A DNA stretch of 64,000 nucleotides from Patescibacteria group bacterium (GCA_041671645.1 JBAZBD010000001.1:671234-735233), one strand, 5' to 3'. Counted from the first letter of the stretch, positions 47,679 through 56,556 are shown. Program-made: numbers and translations. Notes: generated by a model from the sequence alone, not told the origin.

Positions 47679-48713
47679 ATGAATTTCTATATCAAAGTTT
47701 TCGGCTGTCAGTACAACGAATGGGACAAGACACGTCTCGCTTTTGTTTTGAATAAATTTGGTCTGACGGAATCATCAGAAGAAAGTGCCGAGATTGTTTT
47801 CCTGTTAAATTGTTCTGTTCGCAAAACTGGCGTTGACCGAGCTCTCGGCTTCGCACGGAATTTTATCGATCAGAAGAAGAAGGTCGTAGTTACTGGCTGC
47901 GTCCTCGAACCCGACAAGAAAAGATTCCTGGAAAAGGGCGCCATACTTTGGGACGGCAAAGACTTTTCAAAATTGAATGAAGCTTTGAAATTAGAACCTA
48001 CAGATGAATTACAAACTAAAAACTATGAACTAAAAACTAGCCTGGTTCCCATCATGACCGGCTGCAACAATTTTTGCTCATACTGCGCCGTGCCATATAC
48101 TCGTGGCCGAGAAGTTTCACGATCGGTTGAAGACATATTAAATGACGTTCGCCGCGCTGTTGAAGCAGGAGAAAAAGAGATCGTTTTGCTTGGACAAAAC
48201 GTGAATTCTTATTCAAATGACTTTGCTAAATTGCTAGAACAAGTAAACGCGATTCCTGGTGATTTTAAAGTCAAATTTACCAGCAATCACCCCAAAGATA
48301 TGTCTGACGATATTATCGAGGCGGTCGCAACTCTGCCCAAAATTGCTAAAGAAATTCATCTCCCTCTACAATCCGGCAGTAACAAAGTATTACAGAGTAT
48401 GAATCGTCCGTACACCCGAGAGCAGTATCTCGATTTGGTAAGTAAAATCAAAAAACGTATTCCAGAGATTAGAATTACGACCGATTCAATAATTGGTTTC
48501 CCGACCGAAACGGAGGAAGATTTTGAGCTAACAGTCGACGTTTATAGACAAGTCGGCTTCGCCCAAGCGTTCAATAATAAATATTCGCCCCGCGAAGGGA
48601 CTAAGGCTTGGGAGCTAGGTGACCCGATCCCTTGGGCCGAGAAACAACGCCGCTGGCGTGTGCTCAACGACATAAGCTACCAAAAGAGCGAAAAGCCAGC
48701 TATTGCATTATAG
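47679..48713 (+). CDS. radical SAM methylthiotransferase, MiaB/RimO-like (short, no obvious TRAM domain)
   Basis: N-terminal MTTase Cys triad (VFGCQYNE..., LLNCSVR..., VTGCVLE) and radical SAM CNNFCSYCAVPYTRG. Confidence 0.7.
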   Translation: MNFYIKVFGCQYNEWDKTRLAFVLNKFGLTESSEESAEIVFLLNCSVRKTGVDRALGFARNFIDQKKKVVVTGCVLEPDKKRFLEKGAILWDGKDFSKLNEALKLEPTDELQTKNYELKTSLVPIMTGCNNFCSYCAVPYTRGREVSRSVEDILNDVRRAVEAGEKEIVLLGQNVNSYSNDFAKLLEQVNAIPGDFKVKFTSNHPKDMSDDIIEAVATLPKIAKEIHLPLQSGSNKVLQSMNRPYTREQYLDLVSKIKKRIPEIRITTDSIIGFPTETEEDFELTVDVYRQVGFAQAFNNKYSPREGTKAWELGDPIPWAEKQRRWRVLNDISYQKSEKPAIAL

Positions 48714-48760
48714 ACTATTTTGTGATATAATATATTATATTCAAGCTCGGAGGAGGTACT

Positions 48761-48901
48761 TATGAGCTTAGTTTACACATTGGTCGCATGCGCGGCCATG
48801 TTCCTGGCCTTCACCCATTTTATGGGCGGAGACCTCAAAGTCTTTGGCGAGTTTGCCAGAGACACTGCTGAAGATTTCAGCAAATTTTTCAGGAGAGGCT
48901 A
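48761..48901 (+). CDS. small hydrophobic protein (46 aa), unannotated short ORF
   Basis: GGAGGAGGT Shine-Dalgarno 5 nt before the ATG; MSLVYTLVACAAMFLAFTHFMGGDLKVFGEFARDTAEDFSKFFRRG; followed by hairpin gcgccccag...ctggggcg plus a T-run (48918-48958). Confidence 0.45.
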
Positions 48902-48960
48902 AGCCTCTCCGCAACTAGCGCCCCAGACATTTATGTACTGGGGCGTTATTCTTTTTTAGA

Positions 48961-49746
48961 TCATTTCAAGAACTCTATTACTTCATCCAAATATTGATCA
49001 ACCATATCCGGTCGCGCAAGATCGTGATTGCCGTCCCTGACCTCTAGCAATCGAATATTGCTTGGTATTTTGTCATTGCTGGCCATGGGGACGACTTCAT
49101 CAGACAAGCCGTGAATGATCAAAATATTTTCTGGCTTGGCGGTTTGTAGAAATTGTTGGTAATCCATTTCCGAATTTTCAGATAGATAACCACTATCGAG
49201 ATAGTGTTCTTTTCTCATTTGATGATCAAGTCGACAGTTGTTCTGAAACGCAGCTTCGTCCAAATAATGTTCATAGTTTGACCACTCTATTTTCTGATCT
49301 TTCAGTTCTGATTGTACGAAGAAATAACGAAGAAGTTTTTGTTGGTTCAGCCCCGGGGCGAGTAAAATTAGTTTGCCCAGAGTATCAGGATTTTCTTGAT
49401 TAAATTTGAGGGCAACGCATGCTCCCAGACTGTGAGCCACAACAGAAACATTTTTGATGTTGGTACAATTTGATTTGAGCGCCATAATGGCCGAATTTAG
49501 TTCCCCAACCATTTTGGCAACGGTTATTTTTGAAAAGTCACCATCCGAAATGCCAGCCCCAGCGAAATCTAAACGAAACGAGACAGCCTGATCCTTCAGT
49601 CGATCAACAATATTTTTAAATCTCATCCTAACTGTGCTGCCCTCAAACCCGTGGAGGAAAATAACGGCTCGGTCAGAATTAGCTTCGTCGACGATGCCAC
49701 GCAATAACTCGCCATCTTGGTTTTTGAATTCTAATAGCTTTGCCAT
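48961..49746 (-). CDS. alpha/beta hydrolase
   Basis: Nucleophile elbow VVAHSLGACVAL (GxSxG); HGFEGS; a later His. Confidence 0.7.
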   Translation of the reverse strand: MAKLLEFKNQDGELLRGIVDEANSDRAVIFLHGFEGSTVRMRFKNIVDRLKDQAVSFRLDFAGAGISDGDFSKITVAKMVGELNSAIMALKSNCTNIKNVSVVAHSLGACVALKFNQENPDTLGKLILLAPGLNQQKLLRYFFVQSELKDQKIEWSNYEHYLDEAAFQNNCRLDHQMRKEHYLDSGYLSENSEMDYQQFLQTAKPENILIIHGLSDEVVPMASNDKIPSNIRLLEVRDGNHDLARPDMVDQYLDEVIEFLK

Positions 49747-49747
49747 A

Positions 49748-50935
49748 TTATTTGGTTATTTCCTTGACCAATTCGTGAATGCCGATTTGACCCTTGTCGC
49801 CCTCGCCGTATTTGCGAACAGCCACTTTGTCGGCCTCGATTTCTTTGTCACCAATCACTAACATATATGGAATCTTTTGCATCTCTGCTTCGCGGATTTT
49901 CTTGCCAACTGATTCGGTCCTAACGTCAATTTGGACTCTGACGTCCTGGCCTGCCAATTCTTTCCTAATCTTCTCAGCGTATTCGTTGTGGCGATCAGCA
50001 ATTGGTAGAACAATCGCTTGAACGGGAGAAAGCCAAGTAGGTAGCGCTCCACCAGTTTGCTCTAGCAGTATGGCAATAAATCTCTCAACTGATCCCAAAA
50101 TTGCTCGGTGGATCATAACTGGATGCTTTTTCTCACCCTTTTCGTCGACATAATTGGCGTCGAGTCTCTCAGCCATGGCGAAGTCTAGCTGGATCGTGCC
50201 CAATTGCCAGCTTCGACCAAGCGCATCTTTGACGTGAAAATCAATCTTCGGGCCGTAAAATGCACCATCGCCTTTGTTGATTTTGAATTCAACTTTTTTG
50301 GATTTCAGGGCCTTTTCCAGCCCGCCCTCTGCCTTGGTCCAAACTTCATCACTTCCGATCGATTTCTCTGGTCTGGTAGAGAGTTCAACTCTGATATCCG
50401 TAAAGCCATAACGATGATAAGTTTCGAATACGAAATCAATCAATTTGGCAATTTCCTTCTCGATATGGTTGTCATCACAATAGATGTGCGCATCATCTTG
50501 TGTAAAATTTCGAAGACGCAATAGTCCGTTGACCTCGCCTGCCTGCTCGTAGCGAAAAACTGTGCCAAATTCGGCCAATTTGATCGGCAAATCTTTGTAC
50601 GAGTGGATTTCTTCGTTAAAGATCATGAGTGATCCTGGACAGCTCATCGGCTTCAAGCACCATTTTGGCTTGTCGAGCTCCTTTTCATTGCCGACAAAGA
50701 ATAATTTTTCGTGATAGTTGTCGAAATGTCCGCTAGTTTTGAGTGTCTCAGTGCTGATAATCGAGGCAGATTTGATCTCTTTGTACCCGTCAGCAGTAAG
50801 ATGTTTTTGCAAATCTGCGAGGATCACATTGAACAGTGTCAATCCTTTGGGCCACCAATAAACAACTCCTGGCACCTTCTCGTCAAAACTAAACAGTCCC
50901 AATTCTCGCCCCAATGCTTTGTGGTCGCTTTCCAT
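49748..50935 (-). CDS. thrS: threonyl-tRNA synthetase, catalytic plus anticodon-binding core only (no N-terminal TGS/editing domains)
   Basis: Starts at the DHRxLGxELxLF-equivalent (DHKALGRELGLFSF); class II motifs, HRAILGSVERFIAILLE, C-terminal anticodon-binding domain; only 395 aa. Confidence 0.8.
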   Translation of the reverse strand: MESDHKALGRELGLFSFDEKVPGVVYWWPKGLTLFNVILADLQKHLTADGYKEIKSASIISTETLKTSGHFDNYHEKLFFVGNEKELDKPKWCLKPMSCPGSLMIFNEEIHSYKDLPIKLAEFGTVFRYEQAGEVNGLLRLRNFTQDDAHIYCDDNHIEKEIAKLIDFVFETYHRYGFTDIRVELSTRPEKSIGSDEVWTKAEGGLEKALKSKKVEFKINKGDGAFYGPKIDFHVKDALGRSWQLGTIQLDFAMAERLDANYVDEKGEKKHPVMIHRAILGSVERFIAILLEQTGGALPTWLSPVQAIVLPIADRHNEYAEKIRKELAGQDVRVQIDVRTESVGKKIREAEMQKIPYMLVIGDKEIEADKVAVRKYGEGDKGQIGIHELVKEITK

Positions 50936-50970
50936 AATTTCCTCATGTCATTCCTGCGAAAGCAGGAATC

Positions 50971-51264
50971 TTAAATAATATTTTTATATAAGTCATCCCA
51001 GTCGGGATTTTCTTTTTCTATTAATTCAATCTTCCAATCTCTCTTCCAACGTTTCAATTTCTTTTCTCTCTCGATCGCAGATAACGGATTGTCGTACTCT
51101 TCAAAATGTACCAACTTATCTATAAAATATCTGCTCGTGAAACTCTCTTTGTCATACTTGCCCTTGTGGAAATAAATCCTTCTTTTGAGATTATTCGTAA
51201 CCCCGACGTACAAAACTCCGTCTTTCTTGCTGGCTAATATGTAAGTGTAATACTTCTTTCCCAT
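50971..51264 (-). CDS. GIY-YIG nuclease-domain protein, paralog 3
   Basis: YYTYILASKKDGVLYVGVTNNLKRRIYFHKGK. Confidence 0.65.
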   Translation of the reverse strand: MGKKYYTYILASKKDGVLYVGVTNNLKRRIYFHKGKYDKESFTSRYFIDKLVHFEEYDNPLSAIEREKKLKRWKRDWKIELIEKENPDWDDLYKNII

Positions 51265-51477
51265 CTTGCCCCTGAAGATCCCTGGTCAAGCCAGGGATGA
51301 CATTATAAAAAGACTAGTACATTTGGGAGCCCTCATTTGAGGTCGGTTCCATCCCAGTTTCTAATCTTAATTTCCTCATTCGCTTGAGATTGCGCCAAGT
51401 CTCGCTGGATGGTGGCCAGGTCAACGACTTGGATAACTTATCTAGATAATACCATTATTTGGAAAAAAGTAAATATT

Positions 51478-51930
51478 TTATTGCATGAACATTTCGGTCG
51501 CACCTTCGGGTAAGTGGACATCGCGAATTTTGCCTCTGATCATCGCCTCCCAACAAGGCTGGCAACACCACCAATGTCCCCAGAGATAGACGTCTGCCCC
51601 CTCGGTATCGATGCCCGCCTCGATCGCTTTGTTCACAACCAAAAGTTCGGAGTGGCCCTCCTGTTCGCAAATTTCCTTGCAGAGATGATAATCAGTCCCA
51701 GTCTTGCTTTTTGCAACTACCCTGGGGCAAACTTCGACTAATTTGCCAGCGTTGGTCGAAGTCATTAAAACTTTGCCGTTTTTGACCAACACTGCACCGG
51801 TCGGCTGTTTGCGACAGCCGGTCTTCTCGGTCGCTTTCTTGGCCGCTAGGATGAACGGATTATCGACCGCCACATATTTGATCTCTCTGCCTTCAGGCAG
51901 ATAGGGGCAATTGATTTTTTTCTTCGTCAT
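51478..51930 (-). CDS. cytidine/deoxycytidylate deaminase-family protein (dCMP deaminase-like)
   Basis: HSELLVVNKAI (HxE) and CQPC zinc ligands in WWCCQPCWEAMI. Confidence 0.65.
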   Translation of the reverse strand: MTKKKINCPYLPEGREIKYVAVDNPFILAAKKATEKTGCRKQPTGAVLVKNGKVLMTSTNAGKLVEVCPRVVAKSKTGTDYHLCKEICEQEGHSELLVVNKAIEAGIDTEGADVYLWGHWWCCQPCWEAMIRGKIRDVHLPEGATEMFMQ

Positions 51931-52621
51931 TTTTTTCTGTTTTTATCGGTGCATCTGGAACTTCTACGAGATAATTCTTCTTGATTTTGTCGACTGCACC
52001 ATCTCGAAGAAGGTTAATTTCATCGTGCGGATCAAATTTGTAGTCTAGCTGATAGCCTTCGACACCCTGATATTTTGGCTTGGAAAGGCCATGTTCCTCC
52101 GCTTCTTTGACCGTGATATCATGCTCCATGGTCTGGAAGACGAGCTGTGCGATTCTCTCGCCGGGATAAATTCTGATTTTCTGAGTCTTGGTCATGTTGA
52201 AAACTGGAATCATGAGAGAGCCAGAGAAATGAGGGTCGATAATGCCTGATTCGATCGAGATGCCACGACGAGTAGTCGAACTCCGAGGGTAGAGAGTGGC
52301 CATGATCCGACCGGAGTTGATATTGATCTTCTCGAGAGTCGAAATGAGGATGAATTCACCCGGAAGTAATTCGAAGGTTTGGCCGGGCTTCAGGTGCAGG
52401 ATATCTAGAACTTCGCTTTTCACCTCGTTGTTCAAATGATCAACCATCAATTCTGTCCGGCCTTCTTCGCTGAAAGACCAAGTCTTGGGGATAAAGAAGT
52501 TGGAGCCGACGCGAACATCAATTGCGGCTGGTTGAAGTTGAAATTGGTCAACTCCTGGCTCAAAAGTTAGCTCGCCCTGGCTGATAGATTTGATAATTTC
52601 ACTCTTTGTCAGAATTCCCAT
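51893..52621 (-). CDS. dCTP-deaminase-fold (dUTPase superfamily) protein lacking the catalytic Glu; candidate dCTP/dUTP pyrophosphatase
   Basis: Aligns with E. coli Dcd (AIDVRVG; RSSTTRRGISIESGIIDPHFSGSLMIPVFN against [32 protein letters not shown]). The Glu of VLEF is replaced by Pro. About 60 aa of C-terminal extension. Confidence 0.6.
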   Translation of the reverse strand: MGILTKSEIIKSISQGELTFEPGVDQFQLQPAAIDVRVGSNFFIPKTWSFSEEGRTELMVDHLNNEVKSEVLDILHLKPGQTFELLPGEFILISTLEKININSGRIMATLYPRSSTTRRGISIESGIIDPHFSGSLMIPVFNMTKTQKIRIYPGERIAQLVFQTMEHDITVKEAEEHGLSKPKYQGVEGYQLDYKFDPHDEINLLRDGAVDKIKKNYLVEVPDAPIKTEKNDEEKNQLPLSA

Positions 52622-53132
52622 AGTTCACTCCGTATTTTAATAATACCGTTTGATTTGCTTTTTTGACGCTCTTCAAATGCAGATTAACATCTCTTTTGAC
52701 GTCGGACAATATTCTCATGCCAAAACCGAATATCTTGGGCTCTACTGTAATCCAGAGCTCATCGATAAGTTGCTTGTCGAAGAAAAGACTATTAATCATG
52801 CTTCCGCCGCCAATGAATACTTTCTTGAATCCCCGCTTTTTCAAATTTTTTAGTACCTCAGCTGGAGGCGTGTTGACCACAAACTCGAGCAAACCCGGTT
52901 TCTCTAATTTTTTGTCCTCCGGGTTCATAGTCATGACATAATTGAGACGACCTGGAAGTGGCCTGTCGCCAAAGGTGGCGAAGGTGTTGCGGCCAAAGAC
53001 AATGGCGCCGCCCTTTTTCGTTTCTGCGACGAAGAACTGTTTGTCTTCCTTCGAGGTCCAATTGGCGGTGTGATCCTTGTCATGAGCGATCACTCCGTCC
53101 AGAGACTCAGCCATAATAATTATTGTTTTCAT
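52599..53132 (-). CDS. dihydrofolate-reductase-superfamily protein (RibD_C-like)
   Basis: MKTIIIMAESLDGVIAHDKDHTANW ... VFIGGGSMINSLF; overlaps the thyA-like gene by 4 nt. Confidence 0.65.
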   Translation of the reverse strand: MKTIIIMAESLDGVIAHDKDHTANWTSKEDKQFFVAETKKGGAIVFGRNTFATFGDRPLPGRLNYVMTMNPEDKKLEKPGLLEFVVNTPPAEVLKNLKKRGFKKVFIGGGSMINSLFFDKQLIDELWITVEPKIFGFGMRILSDVKRDVNLHLKSVKKANQTVLLKYGVNYGNSDKE

Positions 53133-53959
53133 AATGCGATTTTCATTTTTTTAACTGCTGCTTTGGGATTGTATTGACTGCTTAAGATTTCAAATATTTC
53201 CATAATCAGTGATTCATCGCCTGCCATCGCTCGATCGAGCCAATCTGCCTTGGGCTCAAATACAATGGGGGGATGAGAATTTACCCGATTGAGAAGTTCG
53301 TGTGCTTGAGCATAATGATTTTCATAGATGTGAGCGTTGGAAACGGTATGGGTATAGACACCTGGCTTCACTCCCAATTTGGCGGCTAATAGATACTGAA
53401 GTAATGCAAAGCCAGCGGTGTCGTGAGGACAGCCCAACATCATGTCGTTTGAACGAACGACCGAATGAAGGTGGAGTTTGTTGCCGATAATATTGACGGT
53501 GAAAGTGTATGGACAGGGCACATTTTTCTTCTTGGTGCCGCTCGATAGCCCATCATCAGCTGGGTCCCAGGTCACCACCACTCCATGGCGAGATGAAGGA
53601 TCCTTTTGTAGTAATGTAACCAGATCGGCAATCTGATCACGGCCAAAGGCGTGACGCCAACGATAACCGTAGGCCGCCGCCACTGTCCCGTCTTCCTCCA
53701 AGAAGTCGTCCCAAATCTTGGTGTATTTGTCCAAGAACTCGTCCGGCCTCTGTCCCCCTGAGAGATACCAGACCATTTCAGCCACGAATATTTTGATCGG
53801 GATTTTGCGCAAAGTCAGAATTGGAAAGCCAAAATCAACTTGAAAAGTGAGTCCTGGCACCGCCTTGGTCTTGAGACCCGTGCGGACATTCAACTCTTCA
53901 ATGCCTTCGTTCATCACTCTGGCGATTGCGTTTTGGTAGACCTTGTCAAACTGTGTCAT
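53129..53959 (-). CDS. thymidylate-synthase-family enzyme with Asp at the pyrimidine-specificity position (predicted dCMP 5-methylase/hydroxymethylase rather than canonical ThyA)
   Basis: Aligns end to end with E. coli ThyA (RWRHAFG, DQIADLVTLLQKDPSSRH, catalytic Cys in VPCPYTF, RSNDMMLG). The segment LGLPFNIASYALL of TS reads LGCPHDTAGFALL here, so Asn177 is replaced by Asp. Confidence 0.75.
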   Translation of the reverse strand: MTQFDKVYQNAIARVMNEGIEELNVRTGLKTKAVPGLTFQVDFGFPILTLRKIPIKIFVAEMVWYLSGGQRPDEFLDKYTKIWDDFLEEDGTVAAAYGYRWRHAFGRDQIADLVTLLQKDPSSRHGVVVTWDPADDGLSSGTKKKNVPCPYTFTVNIIGNKLHLHSVVRSNDMMLGCPHDTAGFALLQYLLAAKLGVKPGVYTHTVSNAHIYENHYAQAHELLNRVNSHPPIVFEPKADWLDRAMAGDESLIMEIFEILSSQYNPKAAVKKMKIAL

Positions 53960-54523
53960 TTATTTCTCGCCCAATTCTAATATTATTTTGTCGATCTTCT
54001 GATAAAGATCGTCGAAGTTACCCGAGTTGTCAATTTTCCGATCGGCCATAGCGGTTGTCAAGTCGATCTGGGGAGCGTTATTGGCACCAGACTTTTCCTG
54101 CTCCTCTTTCGCAACCAAATCATCAATCGTTTTGATCGCGTCATCCTCGCCACCTTTGTTCCTCGCCTGCATGCGCTGAAAACGTATCTCTATTGGCGCA
54201 TATATTTCCCAAAGTTCAAAATCAGGGCTTTTTTTCAAAGCTTCAACTTCGCCAGTTTGGCGAACAGCCGGGACGACCCAATCGCCGCCAGTTTCGTTTA
54301 TTTTTTTGAGAGCTTGTTCCGCCAAGTATCCCGTCCCGAACTCGGCACGTAATTCGTTGCCTTTTTGTAGTAAATTTTCACGAATTAATTCTTTGCCTTC
54401 CGCTCGCAAATGGTCACGAATTATATCTGAAAGAGAAACACGTTTATATCCCTTTTTCTCAACTAAATAATCACCCACTGTGTCTTTGCCGCCAGCAAAC
54501 CAACCTGTAATTCCGATAATCAT
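53960..54523 (-). CDS. P-loop nucleotide kinase with GxxxxGKDT Walker A (T4 gp1 dNMP-kinase-like; tentative)
   Basis: MIIGITGWFAGGKDTVGDYL compared with T4 gp1 MKLIFLSGVKRSGKDTTADFI; 187 aa; abuts the thyA-like start. Confidence 0.5.
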   Translation of the reverse strand: MIIGITGWFAGGKDTVGDYLVEKKGYKRVSLSDIIRDHLRAEGKELIRENLLQKGNELRAEFGTGYLAEQALKKINETGGDWVVPAVRQTGEVEALKKSPDFELWEIYAPIEIRFQRMQARNKGGEDDAIKTIDDLVAKEEQEKSGANNAPQIDLTTAMADRKIDNSGNFDDLYQKIDKIILELGEK

Positions 54524-54565
54524 ATTTTCCTTATTACTTTATAGACTTTACGAACTTTATGAACT

Positions 54566-55810
54566 TTATGACTCAACCCCAGGGACCGGGAACTTCGTCG
54601 CCATTTCTTTGACCTCAGCTTTGACTTCGGCCAATTTCTCGGCCTTGTCCATATTCTCTGCCACTATATTAAACATTTCGGCGATTCTCTGCATCTCGGC
54701 CACGCCCATGCCACGAGTAGTCAACGCGGCTGTCCCCACTCGAATGCCCGAAGCAATTTTGGGCGGATTGGGATCTGCCGGCACTCCGTTTTTGTTGACT
54801 GTAATACCAGCTTCGTGAAGAGCGTACTCAAAATCCTTGCCGGTCAGATTTTTGTTTCGTAAATCAACTAATACCAGATGATTGTCCGTCCCGCCAGTGA
54901 CCAGCTCAAAATCAAAGGATTGGAGGGTCTTGGCAAAGGCTTGCATATTCTCCAGTACCTTGCCGATATATTCTTTGAAATCTGGGCGCAGTGCCTCGCC
55001 AAATGCGACCGCTTTGGCCGCGATGACGTGCTCGAGCGGCCCGCCCTGGAGCATGGGGAAGACGGCTTTGTCGATCTTCTTGGCCAGCTCCTCGTCATTG
55101 GTCATAATAATCCCACTTCGAGGCCCGCGCAAGGTTTTGTGAGTGGTGGAAGTTACAATGTCGGCAATTCCGATTGGTGACTCATGATATCCAGTCGCGA
55201 CCAAGCCAGCGATATGGGCGATGTCAGCGATCAAAACAGCGCCGACTTCATCAGCTATCTCCCTGAATTTCTTGAAATCAATTGCGCGAGGATAAGCTGA
55301 GTAGCCGCACATGATCACTTTTGGCTTGACTTCGAGGGCGATTTCTCTGATCTTGTCATAATTCAATCTGCCAGTCTCGGGATCAATGCCGTAAAAGTGG
55401 GAGGTGAACCATTTGCCGGAAAATGAAACCTTGGCGCCGTGGGTCAAATGTCCCCCCGCGTCCATGGCTTGGCCGAGAATAACGTCGCCTGGTGATGCCA
55501 CAGCGGCGTAAGCGGCCATATTGGCAGAGGAGCCGGAGTGCGGCTGGACATTGGCAAAGTTGCAACCAAAAAGCTTCTTGAGCCTATCGATCGCTAGAGA
55601 TTCGGCCTGATCGACGCATTCGCAACCGCCATAATATCGAGAAGCAGGATAACCTTCGGCGTATTTGTTGGTCAATATCGATCCCGTTGCCTCCAATACG
55701 GCTTCTGAAGCGTAGTTTTCCGAAGCGATCATCTCAAGTCCTTCGACTTGGCGCTTTTTTTCGCACTCGATAATTTCAAATATTTCTTTGTCTGATTCTT
55801 TTAAATTCAT
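54566..55810 (-). CDS. glyA: serine hydroxymethyltransferase
   Basis: LIASENY-like IASENYAS, PLP-Lys region TSTTHKTLRGPRSG, full-length conservation. Confidence 0.95.
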   Translation of the reverse strand: MNLKESDKEIFEIIECEKKRQVEGLEMIASENYASEAVLEATGSILTNKYAEGYPASRYYGGCECVDQAESLAIDRLKKLFGCNFANVQPHSGSSANMAAYAAVASPGDVILGQAMDAGGHLTHGAKVSFSGKWFTSHFYGIDPETGRLNYDKIREIALEVKPKVIMCGYSAYPRAIDFKKFREIADEVGAVLIADIAHIAGLVATGYHESPIGIADIVTSTTHKTLRGPRSGIIMTNDEELAKKIDKAVFPMLQGGPLEHVIAAKAVAFGEALRPDFKEYIGKVLENMQAFAKTLQSFDFELVTGGTDNHLVLVDLRNKNLTGKDFEYALHEAGITVNKNGVPADPNPPKIASGIRVGTAALTTRGMGVAEMQRIAEMFNIVAENMDKAEKLAEVKAEVKEMATKFPVPGVES

Positions 55811-55905
55811 AAAAATCCTTGTGATTGTCATCCTGAACTTGATTCAGGATCTAGATTATTTGGTAGGTTCCGGATCAAGTCCGGAATGACATTCTTCGCC
55901 TCAAC

Positions 55906-56556
55906 TCATAGGTCCTCGCTTTTGATCTCACTTTTCAGCTCATCTAGAAAAACTTTTGTAAAATTGTATCTTTTCTCAGCAATTTCCTTCGAATATGGGA
56001 AGTTCAGATTTTCGTATTTTTGAAGAGGCCCTCGGTCTAGAGCGTCTACAAAGCTGTGATTTAGCCAGACTTCCTTTGACTCCGGCACAGGTTCGTCATT
56101 CACAATTGGATAGCCTCTCTCGCCATAATAATAGGCGATTCTACTGATCCCGATCGCTCCCATCGATTCCAGACGGTCTGCGTCCTGTAAAATCTTTGTC
56201 TCGACATGGTTAGTCTCTTCTCCGTCATGACCCCAAGCATAATTATCATGCAGACGAATCGCTTCCAATACGTCATCCATTTTGGCAGGAGGGAAACCGA
56301 GCTCAGGCAACCATTTTTTGGCGATTTCCATACTGTACTTAAAATGATGCTTGTCATCATCTTCATGATTTTTGTATCCGATATCGTGAAGCAAAACTGC
56401 TGCAACTAAAATCTCTTCATCGCAAGCAATATTTTTTGAGATTTTAATTGCAATATCTTTGACCCTTTCCAAATGATAAAAATCGTGGCAAGCGGTGTAG
56501 CCTTTCAAATATTCTTTGATCTTCTTTTCTAATTTGTCTTGCCAATCATATTTCAA
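55906..56556 (-). CDS. HD-domain phosphohydrolase
   Basis: H...HD...D: CHDFYHLERV, LLHDIG, DADRLE. Confidence 0.7.
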   Translation of the reverse strand: MKYDWQDKLEKKIKEYLKGYTACHDFYHLERVKDIAIKISKNIACDEEILVAAVLLHDIGYKNHEDDDKHHFKYSMEIAKKWLPELGFPPAKMDDVLEAIRLHDNYAWGHDGEETNHVETKILQDADRLESMGAIGISRIAYYYGERGYPIVNDEPVPESKEVWLNHSFVDALDRGPLQKYENLNFPYSKEIAEKRYNFTKVFLDELKSEIKSEDL

